Below the pieces are notes generated by a model, which was not told the origin of the DNA, made no database searches, and worked only from the letters and a program-made list of their open reading frames with translations. From positions 1 to 44,019 of the IMG/VR virus record IMGVR_UViG_3300005077_000034: DNA of 44,019 bases. One strand, given 5' to 3'. Within the stretch, counting starts at the first letter, position 1, and each line of letters begins with the position of its first letter. Of this stretch, positions 1 through 7,416 are shown piece by piece. This stretch comes from a virus (Duplodnaviria > Caudoviricetes). Made by a program: the position numbers and the translations under genes.

Positions 1-2
1 GG

Positions 3-110
3 AGGGAAGATTGTACGATTACGTATACTCACGGAGATACGTATACACATGAATTTTCCAGACGGAAAGCGAAAAAGGAGTCGGAAACGCAGGAGGCGAA
101 TGATGAGTGA
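3..110 (+). CDS. 3' end of a hypothetical protein (truncated by window edge)
   Basis: Frame 3 is open from the window start to TGA at 108-110 (..KKESETQEANDE*) and overlaps the next start. Confidence 0.45.
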   Translation, partial: REDCTITYTHGDTYTHEFSRRKAKKESETQEANDE

Positions 111-567
111 CCTGAAGCTGTGCCCGTTTTGTGGAGTGGGTAAGTTCCGGCGTATAAACATATACGGCTATACGGGGCAGATTATGATGCCGCCACATTA
201 TGCTTGCAACAATTCTAATTGTGGAGTGCATGTAACATGGTATCCCGATGGGTCTATCTATTATGGTATCGACAGTCGCCCGCTGGAAGATGCGCTGGAA
301 GCGGAAATCGACCGCTTGGAAGCAGAGAACCAGAGGTTGCGAAAGTCTGTAATTCACCTAAGCGCAGGGCTTGATGATGCAGTGGGATTTATACGAGCGT
401 CGGCCTATGAGCTAATGCACGACTATGACATGTATAACATGCCCGGTCTTCCCGACACGATGCTGTGCGCCGCAAAGGAGCTGGAAGATAACAGGAGGGA
501 ATATCGCGCAGTGTTGCGCGAGCCGAACAACGGGCACGATACGGGCAACGAGGAAGATGATGATTAA
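100..567 (+). CDS. Lar-like (restriction alleviation) zinc-finger protein with coiled-coil extension
   Basis: AGGAGG at 91-96 then ATG. N-terminal LKLCPFCG plus a later CNNSNC pair is typical of Lar-family phage proteins; heptad segment LEAEIDRLEAENQRL follows. Confidence 0.6.
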   Translation: MMSDLKLCPFCGVGKFRRINIYGYTGQIMMPPHYACNNSNCGVHVTWYPDGSIYYGIDSRPLEDALEAEIDRLEAENQRLRKSVIHLSAGLDDAVGFIRASAYELMHDYDMYNMPGLPDTMLCAAKELEDNRREYRAVLREPNNGHDTGNEEDDD

Positions 568-859
568 CCATGATCCTCGAGCGTCTTTTCTCGAACTTCG
601 TTCCATCCTGCAAGATGTGACCACGGCTGTGGGGCGGTTTGATTCCAAGGAGCCGCCGGAGGATGCCTTGCTCCGATTCCGTTCCAAGGAAAAATTATGG
701 ACATTGACACAGGAGTTTATTGCCAGCTTCTCCCCGGGTATGTTTATATCTCTGGTGGAGTACCTGGAGCATAACCGCGGACTCCTTGACACAGCCAACT
801 ATTTACGGGATGTGTACACTGTTACGCATATCCCGCCTCCGGAGGCAAACAATGACTGA
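557..859 (+). CDS. hypothetical phage protein (about 100 aa)
   Basis: ATG at 557 overlaps the upstream gene end, after GAGGAAG; in frame with ORF 425..859. Confidence 0.6.
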   Translation: MMINHDPRASFLELRSILQDVTTAVGRFDSKEPPEDALLRFRSKEKLWTLTQEFIASFSPGMFISLVEYLEHNRGLLDTANYLRDVYTVTHIPPPEANND

Positions 860-884
860 CATAAAGACGCTGTGCCCGTTTTGA
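852..884 (+). pseudogene. truncated remnant of a second Lar-like gene (MTDIKTLCPF*)
   Basis: GGAGG RBS plus ATG; shares ctgtgcccgttttg with 118-131 but TGA replaces the second Cys codon. Confidence 0.45.
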
Positions 885-896
885 TGAAGATGTTTT

Positions 897-932
897 ACAA
901 AAAGGCCCCGGTATAACCGGGGCCAATTTTTT
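897..932. terminator. bidirectional intrinsic terminator
   Basis: GGCCCCGGT-ata-ACCGGGGCC hairpin (904-924) with an A-run on the left and a T-run on the right, between convergent genes. Confidence 0.85.
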
Positions 933-933
933 A

Positions 934-1272
934 CTAACCAGCCGGGCCATCAGGCACGGAAAAGCCGAGGCTTTCAAACACAGCCTTCAAAAACATATTA
1001 TAGAATAATGTGATCAGCGCCATCAATGCAGATGCGAGAGGAAGTAATGCATTAATCATGGCGACAACATCACCCTCAAAAGCCGGAAGAGGCTCGTGTG
1101 GAGACACAAAAAACACAATCGCTCCGCCAACAATAGAGAGAATAGAGACGATGAGCGTCACGGTCTCTCTCGAGATTTCCGCTCCGCGACGGGCCTGCCA
1201 TAGTTTCAAAAGCTGCACCAGGACAGGAACAACAATTGCAAGCAAAATAACTTCGACATACTGTGGGATCAT
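934..1272 (-). CDS. holin-like membrane protein
   Basis: 112 aa with three hydrophobic segments; last gene of the lysis-containing operon. Confidence 0.55.
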   Translation of the reverse strand: MIPQYVEVILLAIVVPVLVQLLKLWQARRGAEISRETVTLIVSILSIVGGAIVFFVSPHEPLPAFEGDVVAMINALLPLASALMALITLFYNMFLKAVFESLGFSVPDGPAG

Positions 1273-2426
1273 GGTAACTCCTTTTCTTTGGCTTCCTCAA
1301 GTTTTTCCAACAAATCTTTATTCAACGTAATTCCAAGGTAGTGTTCTATATCCTTGAAATCGTAAATCCTCTTAATTTCATGCCTGTCCGGATACAGCAC
1401 AAAGATAGGCCATTCAAAAATTCCATTTGACCACCCGCGAATAGTATGCGGATCCGGTCCAATTTTCGGGGACCCAATCTGAACAAGATGCGCGATGCGG
1501 TTTTTGTGAAGCCCCGCAAGGAACGCCTGTTCATGGTGAACAACTTCCTGGTATCCGAAATTGTGTGTATGGGCAGAGATGATGAAGTCTGCCTGCGGAA
1601 CATCCCAGAGAAGAGCTTTTACCTGTGGATGGTTTGTGTTATATTGGCTATTCCCCCTTAGCTTATGCCCGCCATAAATAATGTACTGCTCCGCAGTCTC
1701 ATACTCTTTTCCAACACGAAGTGTCACAACGCCCTTGCCGTGGAAATATGGAACACGGCCTCGCCATACCGGAACCTCTGGATCCTCACCGGTTTTTTTC
1801 TCAGAAAAATGATTGTGATTTCCCCAGAACGCGAACAAAACCTTTTTCTCATCCATCAACTTCTGGGCTACCACCTGTATAAGGCGCCATTGGTGCATCG
1901 GCTGAATAACCTGCATGATTGCAGGGGGCATCCAATCAAGCGGAAAATTATCGGCCAGATCGCCAAACAATCCCCAGTAAAACCTTGGTGTATCGATCAC
2001 GAGATCCAACAAAGCCCTAAATGTTTTGTAGGCAACAAACCTGCTGCCGAGATGCCAATCTCCGCTCGGGCTGAAAATAATTGGCTTATCCGTTGGAACC
2101 CATACCATCGATGATGTGATGATGGGATCCAGCTCGTTTGTTTCTTCAGAGAGCTTATCTACGAGCTTGTACCATTCATCAAAATCAAAGTCCTTCGGAA
2201 CCTCAAGGTCGGCATATACTGGACCGTCGTCAATCTCCTCTTTGAATTCATCAACATCAATTTCATTGAGGAGTTTATTAAACCTCCTCATAACACTGTA
2301 CTTGCTGGTCCCTATCTTCTTCCCGATGCTTGAAAATGACATCGGAGATCTCTTTAATCTCTGCTCCAAAATATAACGGTCGTGCTCTGGGTGATCATCC
2401 CACTTAATAGCGGTATCTTTAGACAT
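1269..2426 (-). CDS. calcineurin-like metallophosphoesterase with N-terminal HTH-like segment
   Basis: Motifs GDWHLG, GDLAD, GNHN, GGH and AHTH in canonical order; N-terminal SFSSIGKKIGTSKYSVMRR resembles an HTH. Confidence 0.8.
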   Translation of the reverse strand: MSKDTAIKWDDHPEHDRYILEQRLKRSPMSFSSIGKKIGTSKYSVMRRFNKLLNEIDVDEFKEEIDDGPVYADLEVPKDFDFDEWYKLVDKLSEETNELDPIITSSMVWVPTDKPIIFSPSGDWHLGSRFVAYKTFRALLDLVIDTPRFYWGLFGDLADNFPLDWMPPAIMQVIQPMHQWRLIQVVAQKLMDEKKVLFAFWGNHNHFSEKKTGEDPEVPVWRGRVPYFHGKGVVTLRVGKEYETAEQYIIYGGHKLRGNSQYNTNHPQVKALLWDVPQADFIISAHTHNFGYQEVVHHEQAFLAGLHKNRIAHLVQIGSPKIGPDPHTIRGWSNGIFEWPIFVLYPDRHEIKRIYDFKDIEHYLGITLNKDLLEKLEEAKEKELP

Positions 2427-2438
2427 GCGCTCTCCGCC

Positions 2439-2888
2439 CTAAAAGATTGTCGTAAGATCGACGATGGACACATGCCCACTAAAGACAAGATAGACGATCA
2501 ATACGATAACAAGAGACCACGGAAGCAAAACTTTTGGGTTGCTCCACATTTGCCACCCAAGGTTATGCAATGGAGAATTGCGATGCTTATCGATGGCAAG
2601 CTCAGCGGCCTTATTGGCAGCGGACTCTGCATTGGCCCTAATACTTGCGCAATTCTCTTTAAGTTCAGCAATGGCCTTCCCGAGCTCGGCAATATGAATA
2701 GAATTCGTCTCAGTCAATGCAGCAGTCCTATCGAGGGAGTGCTCCATTTTGGTCATACGATCCCTGGCTCCTGGCTGTCCATTCCCATTAATCCACTTGT
2801 GAATATCGTTCACCTTTTGATTAATCCCAGACACCAACGAATTCAGCTCCACAAAATCCTCCAACGTAATACCGTCGCCCATCATCAC
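2439..2888 (-). CDS. coiled-coil protein with C-terminal membrane anchor (lysis-associated)
   Basis: Heptad-rich middle, C-terminal hydrophobic helix LLPWSLVIVLIVYLVF; near the endolysin. Confidence 0.55.
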   Translation of the reverse strand: MMMGDGITLEDFVELNSLVSGINQKVNDIHKWINGNGQPGARDRMTKMEHSLDRTAALTETNSIHIAELGKAIAELKENCASIRANAESAANKAAELAIDKHRNSPLHNLGWQMWSNPKVLLPWSLVIVLIVYLVFSGHVSIVDLTTIF

Positions 2889-2894
2889 ACCGTC

Positions 2895-3182
2895 TTAGTC
2901 CTTCTCCGAAGTATTTGCCGTCTCTGCCTCTTTTTCTGCGCCCCGAATAATAGCCTCACGTTCCATTGCCTGAAACTTCTTGCGTGCCATATCAAGCATC
3001 TCGTAAATCACTTCATAAGGAGCTTGTCCCAGGAGCTCTATCCATACACCTCCGGTATATGAATTAACAGCCATCACAACTACGGCAGGAGGAGCGTTGG
3101 CTGCGCTCGTCAATCTTTTCAGCAATTCAAGCCGCTGGTCTTCATCCAAACCCAAAAACAACTTCTCTACTGCCTCCGACAT
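2895..3182 (-). CDS. hypothetical protein
   Basis: 95-aa ORF tightly packed in the operon after the endolysin. Confidence 0.65.
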   Translation of the reverse strand: MSEAVEKLFLGLDEDQRLELLKRLTSAANAPPAVVVMAVNSYTGGVWIELLGQAPYEVIYEMLDMARKKFQAMEREAIIRGAEKEAETANTSEKD

Positions 3183-3185
3183 TTC

Positions 3186-5312
3186 TTATATCCTCTCTGT
3201 ATATCCAAGGTGGACCCACTCGGGCTGCTTATCCATGGGGTTAATACGCCCCCATACAGCATCCTTAATAGAAACTTGCTGGTAAACAGAAATTCGCTCG
3301 CCATTCCTCAGAGGCGACCTTGCAAGTGAAAAGCTCGTTCCGGGGCCAGTGCGGACATTGAGGCCCAACGAAGCTTTTACTGCGGCGACATATAACGGAT
3401 CTTCAATTGGAAGCATGGCCAGTTCATCAATCCGCTCAATGGCTTCTTTAATGGCAAGATAAACGGCGTGCTCAACATTTGAAAGAGCTGCCGGCTCCGG
3501 AAACGAATCAGAAGTAGTTAAAAGCGCATTTGATACAGATCGCCAGAAAACGGCGTCATACTGAACCTCATTCTTCATTGCCTCGACGAAAACATCTACT
3601 GCATTTTTTTCGTCGATACAATAATCCTCCCCCGGGGGAGTTTCTTCTACGGGAGTTTCCCCTGTAGTCCACTCGAAATTAGCGAATGCCTCCCACAATT
3701 CCGGGGTAGTCTCATTACTGTCCATTGCCCACATGAATGTCGCTGGAATATCAGGATCGTCACGACAAATCTCAAGATACCTTTGAAGGGCGTTTACCGT
3801 CGGTTTAATTCCATGCTCGTAATACATATCCCCGGCTGGAATAAACGGAAGTTTTGGGGACATTGCCCCAAACTCAAGTCTTGATTTGTCAATGTTGTAT
3901 TCGGGATCCCCGTTGCGATAATACACCTGCGGAGAATCAAAGTCGGTACCGCTTCGCATAATATCCCATGCGATTTCCCTATGAAGGCTTGGATACCGAA
4001 AAGAGTTCAACGATATAGGGATGTTCAAGAAATTCATTGCGGGCACAAGGCGATCCATAAATTTCTTTGAATTGACTCGCTGATCCTTTGCCTCGGCCTC
4101 GGCGTCGATAAGGTACGCCAGGGCAACATCTTTATATTTCTCGCATGCCTGAATTGCGATGTCTGCCTCACGAATTGGATTGTATTTTATGTAGTTGTAT
4201 CCCCACAGAACAACCTTGATGTTATTCCTGCGGCAGAGGTTAATAAATGGGTCGATCTGAACATAATCCTCGTCCCATAAATCCCACCCGTTGTGAACCT
4301 TGATGGCCACGCCGGACACCTTCGCCCTCTTTAGTTCAGCGATAATTTTGTTGAGATCGCCGTTGAAAATCTGGCGCAATAGCCAAATATAAACCCACTT
4401 GCCGCGGATTTGATTTACCTTCTGCTGCTTGGTCATACTTTCAATATCCATGTTATCCTCTGCCTGGTCATTACCAGGGTTGATTACAATCGGAGTCTCG
4501 TCATCCTCGACAATGGCCGGAGGGTCTTTCTTCCAAATCAGCTTGTACTCATCGAGTTTGATGTAATTAAGATCCACGTAGGTCTCATCTTCTTCGTCCC
4601 AAATCGGATCGATCTTTCCCTTGCTCGTGAATTGGAACGCAAACAATTGCTCGTCAGTCACGTAGTAAGCACGTTTAGGAATGTGAGTCTCTGTAATTGG
4701 CAGAAACTTGTCCACTTCCTCAAACGTCCACGCCTCTCGCCACTCCTTTTCCTCGCCCTCGTGCCTCTCCCAGTAGGGATAGTGGGAGGTCCAGAATTTC
4801 TCGTTTCGCTCCCATCCCTTGATGATATTGTCGTTCCACCAGTTCTTGGAATAGATACGAACAGCAGAGAGTGGCCATTCTCGTCGAATGGTGGCCAAGA
4901 CCTCTTTCACATGGGCGGTCGCCTCTTCCGGCGACTTGCGGTCATGCCACTTGCCCTTCTCGTCCTTCCAGCCGTTGACCTCCGCATCCATGACAATCAG
5001 CGGCGGTTTGCGGCTGCCGATACCGGGACCCCACCATTCGTTGAGCATGTAGTCCACCGAATAGTAAGGGTTGGCATTGAGGTAGAGGCCCTGATCAAAC
5101 CCGGCCTCACCGCACTCATCGTAGTTATGATCGAAGTGTGGATCAAGACTACTGGCCCCGGCCAAGCGCGAAATCACTACCTGGACATTCGGGTTCCTGC
5201 GCTTCAGCTCGAAGAAATCGATCAATTTGCCGGCGGCAGCGTTCTTCGCAGAAACATTGTGCTCAGACAAATCAATTGCTTTCACATTCTCGGACAGTGG
5301 TCCCCACGCCAT
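3186..5312 (-). CDS. endolysin: GH25-like muramidase + second glycoside-hydrolase-like TIM barrel + SH3b cell-wall-binding domain
   Basis: N-terminal AIDLSEHN, MDAE, FQFTSKG and VDLN are GH25 motifs; second domain GKWVYIW..GVAIKVHNG..LIDAE..PQVY; C-terminal LNVRTGPGT..WGRI..WVHLGY is SH3b-like. Confidence 0.8.
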   Translation of the reverse strand: MAWGPLSENVKAIDLSEHNVSAKNAAAGKLIDFFELKRRNPNVQVVISRLAGASSLDPHFDHNYDECGEAGFDQGLYLNANPYYSVDYMLNEWWGPGIGSRKPPLIVMDAEVNGWKDEKGKWHDRKSPEEATAHVKEVLATIRREWPLSAVRIYSKNWWNDNIIKGWERNEKFWTSHYPYWERHEGEEKEWREAWTFEEVDKFLPITETHIPKRAYYVTDEQLFAFQFTSKGKIDPIWDEEDETYVDLNYIKLDEYKLIWKKDPPAIVEDDETPIVINPGNDQAEDNMDIESMTKQQKVNQIRGKWVYIWLLRQIFNGDLNKIIAELKRAKVSGVAIKVHNGWDLWDEDYVQIDPFINLCRRNNIKVVLWGYNYIKYNPIREADIAIQACEKYKDVALAYLIDAEAEAKDQRVNSKKFMDRLVPAMNFLNIPISLNSFRYPSLHREIAWDIMRSGTDFDSPQVYYRNGDPEYNIDKSRLEFGAMSPKLPFIPAGDMYYEHGIKPTVNALQRYLEICRDDPDIPATFMWAMDSNETTPELWEAFANFEWTTGETPVEETPPGEDYCIDEKNAVDVFVEAMKNEVQYDAVFWRSVSNALLTTSDSFPEPAALSNVEHAVYLAIKEAIERIDELAMLPIEDPLYVAAVKASLGLNVRTGPGTSFSLARSPLRNGERISVYQQVSIKDAVWGRINPMDKQPEWVHLGYTERI
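3627..3640. repeat. CTCCCCCGGGGGAG palindrome, intragenic (endolysin)
   Basis: Exact copy of the dispersed 14-bp palindrome. Confidence 0.9.
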
Positions 5313-5325
5313 AGAGTATCTCCAT

Positions 5326-5355
5326 GTATACTTTTGTTCACACCCTATTATAGCA
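5326..5355 (-). promoter_or_regulatory. extended -10 promoter (TGcTATAAT) for lysis genes with a degenerate GAAC-N4-GTTC-type box downstream
   Basis: Minus-strand TGCTATAAT at 5347-5355; gtatac-tttt-gttcac at 5326-5341. Confidence 0.55.
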
Positions 5356-5387
5356 CGGATGTTCTGACGGCTTATATCAAAGCCTAT

Positions 5388-6146
5388 TTATATTCCTTGT
5401 GGAACAAGAAGGCCTTTATCTTTTCTCCGCCATCCATCAGGCGTTTCTAGCGGGAACTGCTCCAGGATGGGGCGCTTTAGGATGTCCTTCGCCTTTTCGA
5501 TAAAACAGCCGCCGAAGATCTTGCTGCCACTGCCGCCACCTGTATCTGGCAGAAAGACAACTGGGCCGATCCCGTAACTGACTGTATTTGTCGTCCATCC
5601 AAGCGTTGGCGCTCCGCTTCCGGTTGCTTGATATTCAGACGCTACGCCACGGCTGCCGGCACTGGAGCTGCCTATCGTGCGCAATGATAATCTTGTTTCG
5701 CCAGATGTTTCCGCCGCAGTGTAAGTGCCGCCCCTTTCATGCCCATGTGCCAGCCAGAATATGCCGCCCTTGGCATGGGCGTCAGACCACGTTCTATCTG
5801 TTGCCGAAAAGCCATGCGATGACGTAACAATATTGGCAATATCAACACCTTCGTAACACGCAAAATGAGCCTGCTCATAGGTGCTGCTAGATCGCCAGTA
5901 TATCGTCGTGCTGCCGGTGCCGGTCACTTCCCTATAAAAGTATCCTTGACAGGTACTCAACAACACCTTGGTGAAGTCATTCGCTGTCGTGCTGTTTTCT
6001 CGGACCCAGGAACCACAAGCGTTCTCCCCGGCTATAAAGACAACTGCAAATCTGTTCGCCTCGGTGCCGAGATTTAGAGTGACGCTGCGTGTCACCCCAG
6101 CACTACCTGTGCTATCCGATGTGTAATCAGTTCTCGCTACGGCCAT
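5388..6146 (-). CDS. minor virion / tail fibre-associated protein
   Basis: Ser/Thr/Gly-rich, beta-type composition; ATG overlaps the upstream TAA (TAATG); end of tail module. Confidence 0.55.
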   Translation of the reverse strand: MAVARTDYTSDSTGSAGVTRSVTLNLGTEANRFAVVFIAGENACGSWVRENSTTANDFTKVLLSTCQGYFYREVTGTGSTTIYWRSSSTYEQAHFACYEGVDIANIVTSSHGFSATDRTWSDAHAKGGIFWLAHGHERGGTYTAAETSGETRLSLRTIGSSSAGSRGVASEYQATGSGAPTLGWTTNTVSYGIGPVVFLPDTGGGSGSKIFGGCFIEKAKDILKRPILEQFPLETPDGWRRKDKGLLVPQGI

Positions 6147-7405
6147 TATCGCCTCCATCCCCACAGCGCAACGGACAACCAGGTAGCTGTGTCAAAGTCC
6201 CCGGTGATCGCCAGCCGCCACGACTGACTTCCGAATTCCCTCGTCAGCCCCGAAAGAGTAGTGTCATTCTTGAACTGTTCGCTGGAGTGATCCCAAGCCG
6301 TCAGCACGGTAGCCGGTGCGGCACCGACACTTCCGTAGAGAATGTCCGCCTCTCCGTCCCCGGATGCGTCCGTGCTAGAATAGATGCCCATCAAATAAAA
6401 CGGTGGCGTCCACGGCCATTCAGGTGACGTATTGGTAGTGGCCAGAGCGGACCCAGCGCCGTCAACAAACAAGCCAATAACCATCATCTGTACATTGCTG
6501 GCGATCTCGACCCAGTTGGTGCCGTTGTATGCCAGCACGATGCTGCTCATGCCCTCATAGGAGAGAACTTTGTCAACCTGGCTCGACAGCAAGATGTTAC
6601 CGGCGGCATGATCGATCAGAATATTCTGCGCGCCAGCCTGCAGCACAACCATGTTTCCAGATGCCCCGCCGCTGATCGTCACAAGCGTGTCGTCGGCAGA
6701 CCCCTCTCCCAGGACGGTGTACCATCCATCTGTTCCGACAGTGATGGCACCAGAGGAAATGGTAAGATTGCTGCCGATGGCGGCGTGCAACTGGTCATTT
6801 GCCTCCTCAATGCCATCAAGCCTGTCCGCAACGTCCGAGTAACCTCCCTCCGGACTTGTTCCAAGCGTATCGTCGATGTCATCCAACCTGGCGGCGATGC
6901 TGGCAAATCCACCCTCCGGAGATGTTCCAAGCGTATCCTCGATATCGGAAATATCTCCCTGGGCGGTCGACATGTCGCCCTCGATGTCGGAAATACGACC
7001 TGCGACCGTGCCAGCTCCGCTACCAGTCGAGTTAACGTCCACCCCGAGCGTCTCTTGCAGATTCTCAATGCCTCGAATTAACTGGCTGTACTGCGGTGCG
7101 GACAGCCCGAAGTACAACGCCTCGCCGGCATCGTGCGTGGCTGCCGTAGACCCGTTCTCTCCGCGGGCTACGGTAAGTTCCTTGGTGCTGTCGTTCTTTG
7201 CCGTAACCCACAAGAATTCGCCGGATGCGAACCTGGCCAGGTATGGAAGATTGACGCCAGACGTATCTTCAGATACGGTACAAGTCGTGTCGCTGGCGCC
7301 GATGGCGGACGCCAGCGTAAAACTTTGGCTGTCCTCCGGGAAGCCCATAAAGGTGTTCTCATCATCTAACGTAGTTGGAAAAGAAATGGTCTCAGGAGCA
7401 CTCAT
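6146..7405 (-). CDS. tail fibre-like structural protein with coiled-coil repeats
   Basis: N-terminal LTVARGENGSTAATHDAGE virion-type module; 22-aa repeats DIxDTLGTSPEGG (66-nt period at about 6846-6946). Confidence 0.65.
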   Translation of the reverse strand: MSAPETISFPTTLDDENTFMGFPEDSQSFTLASAIGASDTTCTVSEDTSGVNLPYLARFASGEFLWVTAKNDSTKELTVARGENGSTAATHDAGEALYFGLSAPQYSQLIRGIENLQETLGVDVNSTGSGAGTVAGRISDIEGDMSTAQGDISDIEDTLGTSPEGGFASIAARLDDIDDTLGTSPEGGYSDVADRLDGIEEANDQLHAAIGSNLTISSGAITVGTDGWYTVLGEGSADDTLVTISGGASGNMVVLQAGAQNILIDHAAGNILLSSQVDKVLSYEGMSSIVLAYNGTNWVEIASNVQMMVIGLFVDGAGSALATTNTSPEWPWTPPFYLMGIYSSTDASGDGEADILYGSVGAAPATVLTAWDHSSEQFKNDTTLSGLTREFGSQSWRLAITGDFDTATWLSVALWGWRR

Positions 7406-7416
7406 GTGCTAACCTC

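Noticed and set aside
4410-5450. 346-aa plus-strand ORF
   Set aside because: Antisense to the endolysin, which has clear motifs.
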